From Gnetum montanum (Eukaryota > Plantae > Gnetophyta), in NCBI GenBank assembly GCA_015680685.1, contig MNCI01001451.1, positions 944,274 through 1,008,273 of the forward strand: DNA of 64,000 bases. The letters run 5' to 3'. Positions within the stretch are counted from its first letter, which is position 1; the number at the start of each line of letters is the position of its first letter. The position numbers and the translations under genes were made by a program. Below the pieces are notes generated by a model that ran no database searches, was not told the DNA's origin, and saw only the letters and a list, made by a program, of their open reading frames with translations. Shown in pieces: positions 62,138-64,000 of this stretch.

Positions 62138-62477
62138 ATAAGCCCTTAGATGTAGTCATGAGCAGATATTACTCATTGTTGGATTGATGCCTTGGTCATG
62201 GCTACTCTCAGCGGGAGCAGCTCTACCATGTCATAGATGGGCTCCATGTCAAAACAAGAAGGACCCTTGGCATTTATGCTCAAGGATGAATATCCGAGTT
62301 AAGAGCTTATAAGCCCTTAGATGCAGCCATAAGCAGATATTACTCATTGTTGCATTGATGCCTTGGTCATGGCTACTCTCAGCGGGAGCAGCTCTACCAT
62401 GTCATAGATGGGCTCCATTTCAAAACAAGAAGGACCCTTGGCGTTTATGCTCAAGGACGAATATCCAAGTTAAGAGG
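62138..62477 (+). repeat. 171 bp tandem duplication within gag
   Basis: ataagcccttagatg... at 62138 and 62309. Confidence 0.92.
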
Positions 62478-63694
62478 TTATCAGCTTTAGTAATTAATTG
62501 AGTAGGTAGCTAAGGAAGAGGGGAAACTCTAGAAATAGGAAAGTGTAGAGGAATATAATCAAGACCCTTCCATTTGAAAGAGGGAGGTCTGATTCTGTGA
62601 AGTCAAGGAGGAGTCATCTCTAGATGCAGCAGTAAATAGGGAGACTTTACCTTTACAAAAGTTCACTTCTAAAATTTCAGCCAAGGTGGACAAGATGTGG
62701 GATTCTTTGGATGAAAAATTCCAAAGTGTTCTAAAAATTGTCAAAGAATCCAAAGAATAATGTAATGATCCAGATTGACGAAGGAGAAAAGAGGCTAAAC
62801 GTGCCTATCACAAAGGTAAGGGTAAGGTTGCTATGGTAGAACAAGTTGTAGGCTCAGATACCTAGGAAGACGATGGATGTGACATATGCCAGTACAAATA
62901 TCCGAAGGGATGTTGCCTTGTGGTGTTACATTTGCAAGAGTCTAGGGCGTGCACTCTGAATCCTCACTTAACAAAAAGGTAAACACCCTTGGGATTGCCT
63001 TATCCCCAAGGCAATTCTAGGCAGTTCCGCCAGCAATAGGGATATTATCCATGTGGAGCTCCACCACAACTGTATGAGCACTACTAGCAATGGTAGCATC
63101 CACAGTCATGGGGGATGCCACCCCCAAGGTAGTATTACCCTTATTAGTAGCCAGATCCTTATGGGTACTATATTCAGTAGCCAATCTCTCCATGGGACTC
63201 TTCTAGTCACGCAACCTTCCAAAATCATTACTACACTTTGGAATACTTTTGGGCCCAATCTCTAGCACCTAAGGGGGAAAACCCACATCTGTACTATCCT
63301 CCACCACCTCCTTTTGCCATACGTATCCATTAGCCCTCAACTTAGCTACCTCCTACTCCGTCTATGCAGGGGGAAATACCTCCATAGCCACAATAGTGTA
63401 GTGCCACAAGGGCCATCAATTTACAACCAGATTCTCAGTCGAGTGGGTCAGAACCAAAACCATAGAAATGTTCCTTTTTCTAGATTAATAACCTAAGCAC
63501 ACTTGCACACTCACCTAGGCCAGTGCCCTGTACCTCCAACTACCTTTGATACTTAATCTTTCGAGTGACCTTCAAACCAAATGCCTTCCGAAGTGCAAAC
63601 CATCATGTTAACACATGTGGTGACACACTGGATTAAGGTAGGTCATCTTTCATAGAAATTGGCTAATCAAGGAAGCCCCCTCACATACCTTTAG

Positions 63695-63892
63695 GTGGTA
63701 AGCCACAAGCCATGTAAAGATCTTTTGGATTTAGGGTTAGGTGTCAACCTAATTTCACATGATATGTACAAGACTTGGAACCTATCCTCATTGAAGAAGA
63801 GCAACATTCAGCTCAAGTTGGCAGACCAATCCATCATTGTTCCCTTGGGATTGGTAGAGGATATTGTGACCACCATTTGTGGGTGGTCCTAC
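63695..63892 (+). pseudogene. Aspartic protease fragment (Athila-type)
   Basis: LLDLG.GVNLI....LKLADQS..VPLGLVEDI. Confidence 0.85.
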
Positions 63893-64000
63893 TGTTGGCG
63901 ACCGTTTGGGACGAGACTGCCAACGAGTGTCCTCGAATAGGATTTAGGTGCCTGCTGGTCTTTGGCAACACCAAGGCCCAGATACCTCCAAATAAACTCA
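63893..64000 (-). mobile_element. Edge of a family D LTR inserted into the protease
   Basis: Protease homology stops at TGTTGG; the sequence matches 5569-5713. Confidence 0.65.

Larger units (their letters stand above)
59810..63892 (+). mobile_element. Athila-like Ty3/gypsy element (family C): 5' LTR 59810-60801, PBS, gag, protease
   Basis: TG..CA LTR with TATAAATA (~60020); TTTTTTGGGACTGTT after the LTR resembles a decayed TGGCGCCGTT PBS; gag and PR motifs follow. Confidence 0.8.

Overview
AT-rich land-plant nuclear DNA (draft assembly with N gaps). The left 16 kb holds LINE, LTR and SINE debris, a decayed NB-ARC (NLR) remnant, and a non-RD LRR receptor-like kinase gene (LRR-XII, FLS2/EFR/Xa21-like; minus strand, one intron, one in-frame TAG in the LRR region). 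Positions 17070-55570 are a head-to-tail array of a Tat/Ogre-type Ty3/gypsy element (family A: gag-PR, ~5.7 kb spacer, RT-RH-aRH-INT). The array starts and ends inside RT and sits inside a split LTR of an Athila-like family (C). A gag-protease-only relative (family B) is nested in it in the opposite orientation. The PR-RT spacer of A carries a spliced antisense gene with its own TATA box. By manual motif alignment its product joins a catalytically degenerate FCP1/NIF (CTD-phosphatase-like HAD) domain to a plant-transposon-protein-like domain and acidic/coiled-coil regions. Non-coding parts of both A and B carry sense-strand arrays of a small hairpin + TAAACT module with compensatory base changes. 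The right end holds SINE copies, further LTR remnants and an Athila-like LTR-gag-protease. All domain calls are by eye; no database searches were run.
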